Source: a virus. From it: a stretch of 55,554 nucleotides of DNA. The notes below the pieces were generated by a model that was not told the DNA's origin, did no database searches, and saw nothing but the letters and a program-made list of their open reading frames with translations. Positions 34,096-40,470 of the stretch are shown one piece after another. The DNA is taken from positions 1-55,554 of IMG/VR virus record IMGVR_UViG_3300045988_021851; one strand, given 5' to 3'. The translations under genes and the position numbers were made by a program. Each line of letters opens with the position of its first letter. The first letter of the stretch is position 1.

Positions 34096-34142
34096 CAACT
34101 ATTCGCAAAACCTAACTTTTCCGAATAGTTGACGAATAGTTG
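34096..34142. repeat. three copies of the 10-mer CAACTATTCG (one inverted relative to two tandem copies 11 bp apart)
   Basis: CAACTATTCG at 34096-34105; CGAATAGTTG at 34122-34131 and 34133-34142. Confidence 0.85.
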
Positions 34143-34200
34143 AAACGCTACAACCCTTGGTATTACTGCATTTGTGAATTGTAGAATAACCACGCACAAT

Positions 34201-34875
34201 TTAAACCGTATTATTTGCCACTGCATCCGTGAATTGTGTGTCGATTACGTGCAATTCTTGGCTCTTTTTCTCGTCCAATCTTGGCAGCTCCTGCGCTGTG
34301 ATTGCCTTGCGTTGCGTGGCATTATCTCCAATTCCCGGCTGATTCATGCCGAATTCGTTATTTCCTACGAACATAGTGCCTACGGGACTATTGGAGTCAT
34401 ATGCACGATCTAGTATACAATCCTTACGAGATCGCTGTAATTTTTGCCACATCTTGAAAGTCAGCGAACTTGGTTCATCACTAGCCCATATATCCATTGT
34501 GTTCGTTGGTATATTACAAAAATAACTAAATGCCACTGTACTTACCAACTTGCTATACACATTGGAGATATATATATAATAATCACAAAGTTTATATAAT
34601 ACCTCTCTATCATACCTGTTACAATTAGTTGGTATAGTTGCATTACCAAGAGGTTTCAAACTCTTGTCTTTAAGTACCGATGTATCCGGGAATAAATGCA
34701 TACCAACATACTGCATTACGGCTTTCCATTGTCTCTGTCCAGCCTTTAACAAATCTTCGATGTGAAATTCTATACAAGCGTTGTCTATTAAATCTTGTAC
34801 AGTTGATGTGTATATCTGTACTGTACCTAGATCCACTATAAGCCTTGTAATATCTACATTCTCTACATCCTGCAT
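34201..34875 (-). CDS. terS: terminase small subunit (putative)
   Basis: Start MQDVENV with GGAGGTG RBS. Central ..LCDYYIYISNVYSKLVSTVAFSYFCNIPTNTMDIWA and C-terminal NSPVGTMFVGNNEFGMN resemble the HTH and FLLKNxxG blocks of small terminases. Confidence 0.55.
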   Translation of the reverse strand: MQDVENVDITRLIVDLGTVQIYTSTVQDLIDNACIEFHIEDLLKAGQRQWKAVMQYVGMHLFPDTSVLKDKSLKPLGNATIPTNCNRYDREVLYKLCDYYIYISNVYSKLVSTVAFSYFCNIPTNTMDIWASDEPSSLTFKMWQKLQRSRKDCILDRAYDSNSPVGTMFVGNNEFGMNQPGIGDNATQRKAITAQELPRLDEKKSQELHVIDTQFTDAVANNTV

Positions 34876-35095
34876 ATATTCACACCTCCAATCCGTTTTA
34901 TTTCTCTGCTTTTGGTATACACTATTTCCGTGTTTAAAGTCAACCCCCAATTTTTTAAGGTGGTATTATATACTTACGCCGCGCGCGTGCGCGGATATAC
35001 ACTTACTATAAACCTATAGGCTTTATATACAGTGTATTATTATTAATTTAAAAGATTAAGAAAAAGAGAGAGAAAGAGAAACATAGTTCTGAAAA

Positions 35096-35146
35096 AGCGA
35101 CGTCAGACGATTGTGTCGCCTTATGTCAGACGATTGTCAGACGATT
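35096..35146. repeat. iteron cluster GTCAGACGATT(G) x3, followed by an AT-rich stretch: candidate replication origin
   Basis: Copies at 35102-35113, 35125-35136 and 35136-35146 (the last two 11 bp apart). The 17-mer AGCGACGTCAGACGATT (35096-35112) recurs at 54366-54382. Confidence 0.55.
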
Positions 35147-35314
35147 TTTTGTAAAAACTGATACTATTCTATCATTTTTGGACTTGTCAAAGACCTAATG
35201 AACCTAGCCTTGTTTATAAAAATTTAATAAAATCATTATAGATAATTTATGAATTATTTTTGAACTTTTGGAAAATCGAAAGACGCGCCCGGAAACGTTG
35301 TTAGAAATACACTC

Positions 35315-35343
35315 TTGACATTTGATCTCGCCAGGCGTACTAT
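35315..35343 (+). promoter_or_regulatory. promoter TTGACA-17-TACTAT with no downstream + strand ORF
   Basis: TTGACA at 35315-35320, 17-nt spacer, TACTAT at 35338-35343. It shares the box TCTTGAC(A/T)TTTGATCT with the promoter at 37216. Confidence 0.6.
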
Positions 35344-35346
35344 ATA

Positions 35347-35527
35347 GGCAAGTCACACGGCATGGATGCTTGCCGATGTGGTGCCGCCAGCGATCCCGGC
35401 GACCACGGATTGAAACAATAGTCTTTTTAGTAAAAGCAAAACATTTAATTTATGTTTTTGTGTCGCGTGCAGTGGATGCTCTGCGCGTGGTATCTGGAGC
35501 AATTCCCCAAGATACAAGGATTGAAAT
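35347..35527 (+). ncRNA. two tandem structured units, each ending in a type I-C CRISPR repeat-like hairpin plus GGATTGAAAC/T handle (solitary repeat units; candidate RNA anti-CRISPR)
   Basis: Repeat-like 1 at 35378-35416: GTGGTGCCGCCAGCGATCCCGGCGACCACGGATTGAAAC. Repeat-like 2 at 35487-35527: GTGGTATCTGGAGCAATTCCCCAAGATACAAGGATTGAAAT. Stems differ but pairing is kept. Confidence 0.5.
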
Positions 35528-35566
35528 AATTATATTCTCAGTGATGAAAATGAGTGGGTCAGATTC

Positions 35567-36307
35567 TTAATCTTTCCCACTCGATTTCTTTTCTCTGTTT
35601 TTGATATTTTTCTTTGCATTCGGATATGTTTCCGCATACCATTCCAGAAAGTTGCCAAACATTTTTTCTTCTGCTTCCTCTCTTACTTTTATCGCTTCTT
35701 CTTTTTCCCGGAAACTCCCTAAATTATAATGTTTTCCCATAAACTCGATCTGCGCTATCCATCTGCTCTTGTTTGCATCCCAATGCACACCCTTATGCCC
35801 GGACTTATTGTTTTTTGGAATTTTTGCGGTTAAATTATTTACATTTGTTCCGGCAATGCAATAATTATCTACTATTTTTTTGCCGTAAATCTTCCCATTT
35901 TTTGAACTATTTTCCCTGCCAAGGCACCCACAGCTTGCCACGCCTCCGTTTTTTAAAGAGCCGGCAGATACTTTTTTAAACTTTCCGCAGTCGCACCGAC
36001 ATAGCCATATAACAGAGCCGTTGTGCGGATCGCGTTCGCTAGTTGCCTTTATTACTTCCAACCGCCCAAATCTTTCTTTCGCTAAATCCTTTTGTTTAAA
36101 TTGTGTCTTTGCCATTAAACATCCGCATCCCTTGCGGTGCGGATCGTCAAGTTGATCTTTGCGAATCCATTTAATTTTTTTGCAATAAGGGCATTCTACT
36201 TGTAAAAAAGATCGTCTGTTTTCCCTTTTGCAATCCAAAACTTTAAAGCCTTTGTAAGTTGTCCCGACAAGATCTTCCGCTTTTGTATATTTTCGTTTTT
36301 CTCCCAT
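35567..36307 (-). CDS. AP2-domain DNA-binding protein with N-terminal Cys-cluster repeats
   Basis: GVHWDANKSRWIAQIEFMGKHYNLGSFREKEEAIKVREEAE = AP2 pattern; ECPYCKK..GCGC and CRCDCGK..CGCL; start MGEKRKY with GGAGAAACC RBS. Confidence 0.6.
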   Translation of the reverse strand: MGEKRKYTKAEDLVGTTYKGFKVLDCKRENRRSFLQVECPYCKKIKWIRKDQLDDPHRKGCGCLMAKTQFKQKDLAKERFGRLEVIKATSERDPHNGSVIWLCRCDCGKFKKVSAGSLKNGGVASCGCLGRENSSKNGKIYGKKIVDNYCIAGTNVNNLTAKIPKNNKSGHKGVHWDANKSRWIAQIEFMGKHYNLGSFREKEEAIKVREEAEEKMFGNFLEWYAETYPNAKKNIKNREKKSSGKD

Positions 36308-36390
36308 GGTTTCTCCGAATATAAAAAGATGTGCAAAACCGCTATTATACGATTTTACACATCCTATGTTACTGTTTATCATATTTAATT

Positions 36391-36621
36391 TTAGTACAGT
36401 TCTACAACTTTTACAACCGTATTTATTAAGTTTTCCTCGTCTTTGTCTACAATTTCAAACCCAGCTATAACAGGTGCGCCATATTCGTTGTTCCCTACGC
36501 ACACGCAGCCGGAATCGAGAAGTTCTTCTTCGTCTCCGTCATCAACCTGCCACAAGTCAGCGAATCTGATTTCTTCTCCAACCTCTAAAGTTTTTCCGTT
36601 AAACATTTTGCATTCTTTCAT
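36391..36621 (-). CDS. small acidic hypothetical protein (76 aa)
   Basis: ORF track. Confidence 0.5.
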   Translation of the reverse strand: MKECKMFNGKTLEVGEEIRFADLWQVDDGDEEELLDSGCVCVGNNEYGAPVIAGFEIVDKDEENLINTVVKVVELY

Positions 36622-36647
36622 TTTTCTTTCCTCTCTTTCTATGTATA

Positions 36648-36848
36648 CTACATTCTTCCTTTCTGATAGTAATTTATCCCATTTATTTCAACTTCCTCAA
36701 ATCCGGAAAAATCGCATAGTTGATAACTTGTATATGTGTCACATTCTTTCACCTTATAACCTTTACTTTCTGCGTATTCATCCGCCATGCTCTTAACTTC
36801 AAAAACTGCTACAACGTTGCCGATTCCATTTAATACTTCGTATGTCAT
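36648..36848 (-). CDS. hypothetical protein (66 aa)
   Basis: Internal start MTYEVLNG with GGAGGG RBS. Confidence 0.5.
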   Translation of the reverse strand: MTYEVLNGIGNVVAVFEVKSMADEYAESKGYKVKECDTYTSYQLCDFSGFEEVEINGINYYQKGRM

Positions 36849-36874
36849 TATATAATCCCTCCTATGTGCTTTGC

Positions 36875-37162
36875 TTATGCGTTCTTTCCTGCTCTGTAGC
36901 ACTCATGGAATGCATCTGTGAGCCTTCCAAGCTGTTCCGGTGTAAGTTCTTCTTTCAGATCGTCCGGAACCCATTTGTAAGACTGCCGGAAAGTTTCGCC
37001 ATACTTTCCGACCTTTGATGCTTTTTCGACCTGATCCAGCTTGTACATCTGACCAAGTTCTTCAGTTGTAATCAATCCGGTTTTTACGGCTTTTCTTCCC
37101 TCTCTTGTTAAGATGCTCATTGCATCCTGTTTCTTTACTACCCCTATTCCGTTAATTTTCAT
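36875..37162 (-). CDS. hypothetical protein (95 aa)
   Basis: ORF track; AAAGGAGAAAC RBS. Confidence 0.55.
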   Translation of the reverse strand: MKINGIGVVKKQDAMSILTREGRKAVKTGLITTEELGQMYKLDQVEKASKVGKYGETFRQSYKWVPDDLKEELTPEQLGRLTDAFHECYRAGKNA

Positions 37163-37215
37163 ATCTCGTTTCTCCTTTCTTGTATGGTTAATATAAATGT
37201 TGTCAAAATATTTTC

Positions 37216-37329
37216 TTGACTTTTGATCTATTATATGTTATTCTTAGCCACGTAAGTTATGGAAGATTAGGTTTAGTACCTATTCAAATTTACGTGACTG
37301 TTGCCGGTGGATTATCCACCGGCATTTTT
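37216..37329 (+). ncRNA. candidate small RNA: promoter TTGACT-17-TATTCT plus about 80-nt structured RNA plus + strand terminator
   Basis: No + strand ORF. CACGTAA..TTACGTG long-range stem; GCCGGTGG-attat-CCACCGGC followed by ATTTTT (T-run only on the + strand). Confidence 0.35.
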
Positions 37330-37708
37330 AATATTTGTATTTGCCGGTTTTATCAAAATCTGATTCCCCGATTTCAACGATGCCGTTTTCGGTTTCTCTC
37401 ATAAATTTTTGATAATATGCTTCCCCATTCCGGGAGCATATTAATTCGTATAACTCCTTATCGGATAACTCTTTTCCATCCAGAAAATCATCCACTTTCC
37501 CATAATCAAGATCGCCGCTCTCGTCTTGGAAATCAGCATCATCAAATGATTTCCCACACTTTTCTAAAAGTGCCGTGTCATAAAGTGGAAAATCTGGATC
37601 GCTAATTATTCCCCTTTCGTCCAGTTCATCAAAAAGCTCCTTGAAGCTTTCCGCTTCCTGCTCATATTCCACAAGTCCGTTCACGCTTGTTGCTTTCCAT
37701 TTAATCAT
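37328..37708 (-). CDS. strongly acidic protein (126 aa)
   Basis: Roughly 30% Asp+Glu by eye (DELDERGIISDPDF, DDADFQDESGDLDYGKVDDFLDGKELSDKE); GAAAGGAGAA RBS; driven by the duplicated consensus promoter. Confidence 0.6.
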   Translation of the reverse strand: MIKWKATSVNGLVEYEQEAESFKELFDELDERGIISDPDFPLYDTALLEKCGKSFDDADFQDESGDLDYGKVDDFLDGKELSDKELYELICSRNGEAYYQKFMRETENGIVEIGESDFDKTGKYKY

Positions 37709-37747
37709 GTTCTCTTCTCCTTTCGGTGCTCTATTTCTTTGATCTGA

Positions 37748-37799
37748 TTACATTATATATAGTTAGTGCTTAATTGTCAATACTTAATTAGTGCTTAAT
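37748..37799. repeat. 52-bp direct repeat copy 1, carrying a - strand consensus promoter and two TTAGTGCTTAATT boxes
   Basis: Identical to 38019-38070; - strand TTGACA (37780-37775)-17-TATAAT (37757-37752). Confidence 0.9.
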
Positions 37800-37802
37800 T
37801 TA

Positions 37803-37994
37803 TTATTTTTTCATTCTATCCATTTTATCGAGTTCCGCGAGAATCAATTCTCTAGCAAATGCGCTTGTCTTTAGTCCGTATGAGTTGATTCTTTCAATCG
37901 TTCCAAGCGGTAATATAATGTTTATTCTGTCTTTGTTGATCATACATTTCTTTACCGCTTGTCTGTTCTTTTCTGCTTTTGTGTTTTCGTCCAT
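37803..37994 (-). CDS. ribbon-helix-helix (CopG/Arc-like) regulator (63 aa)
   Basis: KDRINIILPLGTIERINSYG..SAFARELILAELDKM: beta-strand followed by two helices; GGAGGTG RBS; flanked by repeated operator boxes. Confidence 0.5.
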   Translation of the reverse strand: MDENTKAEKNRQAVKKCMINKDRINIILPLGTIERINSYGLKTSAFARELILAELDKMDRMKK

Positions 37995-38018
37995 CTTTCT
38001 GCACCTCCGTATTTTTTC

Positions 38019-38070
38019 TTACATTATATATAGTTAGTGCTTAATTGTCAATACTTAATTAGTGCTTAAT
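38019..38070. repeat. 52-bp direct repeat copy 2 (promoter of the RHH gene); two further boxes at 38097-38109 and 38132-38144
   Basis: Identical to 37748-37799; - strand TTGACA (38051-38046)-17-TATAAT (38028-38023); six TTAGTGCTTAAT(T) boxes in total. Confidence 0.9.
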
Positions 38071-38193
38071 AATAATGCACAATTTCTAATATAATATTAG
38101 TGCTTAATTTTGTATGTTTTGCCTATATACATTAGTGCTTAATTTCTGTATAATACAAGTATCAAATGAAGCACAGAAAGAGAGGAAAACAAC

Positions 38194-38583
38194 ATGAGAA
38201 AATTTAAAATTGAAAACAACAAAATCTATAGCACTTCTACACTTTGTGAAAAAACTGATATTTTTGAAATCGTGGAAAAAATCCCGGTTGGCTTTTTCGT
38301 CTGGAATATCGGCGAAAACATGGGAACACATGAGTATATTCCGGTTTGCGAAGATTTACACCCAGAAGACAAAGACAATTACGAGATTAACACGGCAACA
38401 CTTAAAGCCGTAAAAGTTACACCGGACGAATGGGAAAAACTTGATAAAGCGGCATCTTGGGGAGTTGGAAACCTTAAGCAAGCAGAAAAAGCATTAAAAA
38501 GCAAGCGTAAAGGCTATACAGCAGACAGAAAAAGAGCCGCCGCAAAACTCACAATTGAAATTTTCCGCAGAATTTGCGAATAG
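38194..38583 (+). CDS. hypothetical protein (129 aa)
   Basis: ORF track; AGAGAGGAAA RBS; downstream of the operator boxes. Confidence 0.6.
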   Translation: MRKFKIENNKIYSTSTLCEKTDIFEIVEKIPVGFFVWNIGENMGTHEYIPVCEDLHPEDKDNYEINTATLKAVKVTPDEWEKLDKAASWGVGNLKQAEKALKSKRKGYTADRKRAAAKLTIEIFRRICE

Positions 38584-38667
38584 TCGAAACCGCCATACGG
38601 CGGTCTGTAGGAACTGCCCCACCTACACCGATGAGACAGGGCGCACAATGAAAGGATGGTTGATTAT

Positions 38668-38943
38668 ATGACAAAAGCAGAATTGTTGAAAGAGTTTGAC
38701 AAGCTGGAAAAAGAAAAAGGGGTACGCATTGAGGGAATTTATTGCAATAGCAAGAAAAGCACCATAGAAAACGCTATAGAATGCCTAAAATGCCCGGATG
38801 AACTTTTAAACAAGTATTTAACCGTTGTAAGCCTCAAATACCCAAATAGCGGGCGCGTGATTACTGAAAACGGAGATTTTAAGCGGCACAGCCACAACAG
38901 ATTGTATGTATTTAATACGGCGCGCATGATTTTAGCAAATTAA
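38668..38943 (+). CDS. hypothetical protein (91 aa)
   Basis: Start MTKAELLKEF after AAAGGATGG. Confidence 0.55.
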   Translation: MTKAELLKEFDKLEKEKGVRIEGIYCNSKKSTIENAIECLKCPDELLNKYLTVVSLKYPNSGRVITENGDFKRHSHNRLYVFNTARMILAN

Positions 38944-39028
38944 GCAAGGCTGGCTTTTCCGGGGTTCGATTCCCCGGCCTGCTTTTACCGGAATGACCGG
39001 AAAAATTCAAAAACGGAGGAAAACAACC

Positions 39029-39358
39029 ATGAAGAACAAAATTTTAGCTATTGTATTAACAGCCGTAACACTTGCAAACCTTGCACCGGCAACAGCCAAC
39101 GCGAAAACTGCACATACCTACAAAGTGCGCGGAACCGTCCGCAATTTTAGTTATACCTATACCTACGAGGACGGCGAAAGACTGACTGGGAAAGGATTTG
39201 ACATTTATACCGCAGATGGGAACATCTGGGAAATGTCCGACACGGACACAGACTTGCGCTTTAAGAATCGGCAGAAGGTTGTTGTTAAAATTAACGACAA
39301 CGGCACACCAAAAGACAAAACCGATGATTTTATTGTGGCAGTCAAAAAAGTAAAATAG
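39029..39358 (+). CDS. secreted protein (109 aa, signal peptide)
   Basis: MKNKILAIVLTAVTLANLAPATANA; CGGAGGAAAA RBS. Confidence 0.6.
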   Translation: MKNKILAIVLTAVTLANLAPATANAKTAHTYKVRGTVRNFSYTYTYEDGERLTGKGFDIYTADGNIWEMSDTDTDLRFKNRQKVVVKINDNGTPKDKTDDFIVAVKKVK

Positions 39359-39502
39359 ATTTTAGGGCGGTACTCTCCCGCCCCTTTCCGCGTGCCTGGT
39401 GGCGTTGTGAGCCGATTCGATTCCGGCGGCGTGGATTCCGTGAGAACTGGTTCTCACGCGCACATTGACAAATAAGCACAATCTAAGGAGATGTAAAAGC
39501 CT

Positions 39503-39670
39503 ATGATCTATGATATTAAAGCGAGCCTTAACGGGCAGACTGTGCGCCGGGTAGCGTATGGAGATTTGCAAGTGTGGCTGATCGTAAATCAATTATCGCG
39601 CGACGGATGCGAAAATATATGCATGAGTGAGCGCGGAATGTCTGGAGGTGGGAAAGATGGGAAAATATGA
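39503..39670 (+). CDS. hypothetical small protein (55 aa)
   Basis: My own translation MIYDIKASLNGQTVRRVAYGDLQVWLIVNQLSRDGCENICMSERGMSGGGKDGKI; AAGGAGA lies 11 nt upstream. Confidence 0.3.
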   Translation: MIYDIKASLNGQTVRRVAYGDLQVWLIVNQLSRDGCENICMSERGMSGGGKDGKI

Positions 39671-39902
39671 ATATATCGGAAAAAAGGAAATCATGCGCCG
39701 GGTGGCCGACCTTGGTTATCTGGAAATATCCGGCAAAATGTGCGGCTATTCCAAGTTTGAGGGCGTGGAATGGGTGGAATCTGCAAAAATCAAAATAACC
39801 GTCCAGCGCGGCGGTGATTGGTTACAGATCGCGCAAAAGCTAAAAAGCATAACACACACTTACAGCCGGTACGATGGGAAATGCTATCTTGACAAGTGGT
39901 AA
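39657..39902 (+). CDS. hypothetical protein (81 aa)
   Basis: Start MGKYEYIGKK after GGAGGTGGG. Confidence 0.5.
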   Translation: MGKYEYIGKKEIMRRVADLGYLEISGKMCGYSKFEGVEWVESAKIKITVQRGGDWLQIAQKLKSITHTYSRYDGKCYLDKW

Positions 39903-40183
39903 AAAGCGGTCTATGCTAGACTATAACTATAGCCGGGCAAGCGTCTTTTGGCGTTTGCCTGTGACCGGCAATATTATCAAATATCATCAGTGCATTATCT
40001 ATATATAACATAATATATGGTGTATTTGTGTTATTTACGGAATATCGCAGATAATTGCACGTTTGTTACACGTTTTTGAGAATACGTGAAAATGGAATCT
40101 TGACCCCCAAAACGCTACCCCAGGGGGGTACAAAAAAATTACGAAATATTTTTTTGGGGGCGCGGAAAAAATATTCTTTCATC

Positions 40184-40210
40184 AAAAACCCGCCAGTTAG
40201 GCGGGTTTTC
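40184..40210. terminator. bidirectional rho-independent terminator
   Basis: aaaaaCCCGCC-agtta-GGCGGGtttt. Confidence 0.7.
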
Positions 40211-40408
40211 TTATTTCTTCTCTTTCATTACAATTTCTAAATCAAGCCCCAATGCATCCGCAATCTGCCGCATTTCCTTTTCTGAAAAGTTGTCACGCTT
40301 CATTTTTGCTGATAGGTTCTGTTGAGTTGTTCCTATCTTTGTGGCTAACTCTTTAGCTGTCATTTCTTTTTCAACCAATGTTAATCTTAATAATTTGGTA
40401 AACATCAT
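40211..40408 (-). CDS. XRE-family HTH regulator (65 aa)
   Basis: MTAKELATKIGTTQQNLSAKMKRDNFSEKEMRQIADALG. Confidence 0.7.
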   Translation of the reverse strand: MMFTKLLRLTLVEKEMTAKELATKIGTTQQNLSAKMKRDNFSEKEMRQIADALGLDLEIVMKEKK

Positions 40409-40470
40409 ACGCCTCCTTTCTTATACAAGAAACAGAATACAACAAATAAAACAATAAATCAACTAAAATA

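Noticed and set aside
35378-35527. Interpretation of the two GGATTGAAA-ending units as a genuine mini-CRISPR array (repeat-spacer-repeat)
   Set aside because: The two repeat-like units are only about 55% identical. The intervening segment is about 70 nt (normal I-C spacers are about 33-37 nt) and itself contains a conserved hairpin. No cas genes or leader-like arrangement are present. Solitary repeat mimics fit better.
38944-38990. A sixth, + strand tRNA gene at the T-arm-like hairpin
   Set aside because: Only the acceptor-like stem and the T arm can be formed. The 45 nt upstream are the end of a protein-coding gene and cannot form D or anticodon arms.
39362-39592. ORF 39362..39592 (-) and ORF 40055..40240 (+)
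   Set aside because: Both lie in hairpin-rich intergenic DNA, lack RBSs, and have Arg/Pro/His-rich or otherwise odd composition typical of non-coding GC-rich sequence.
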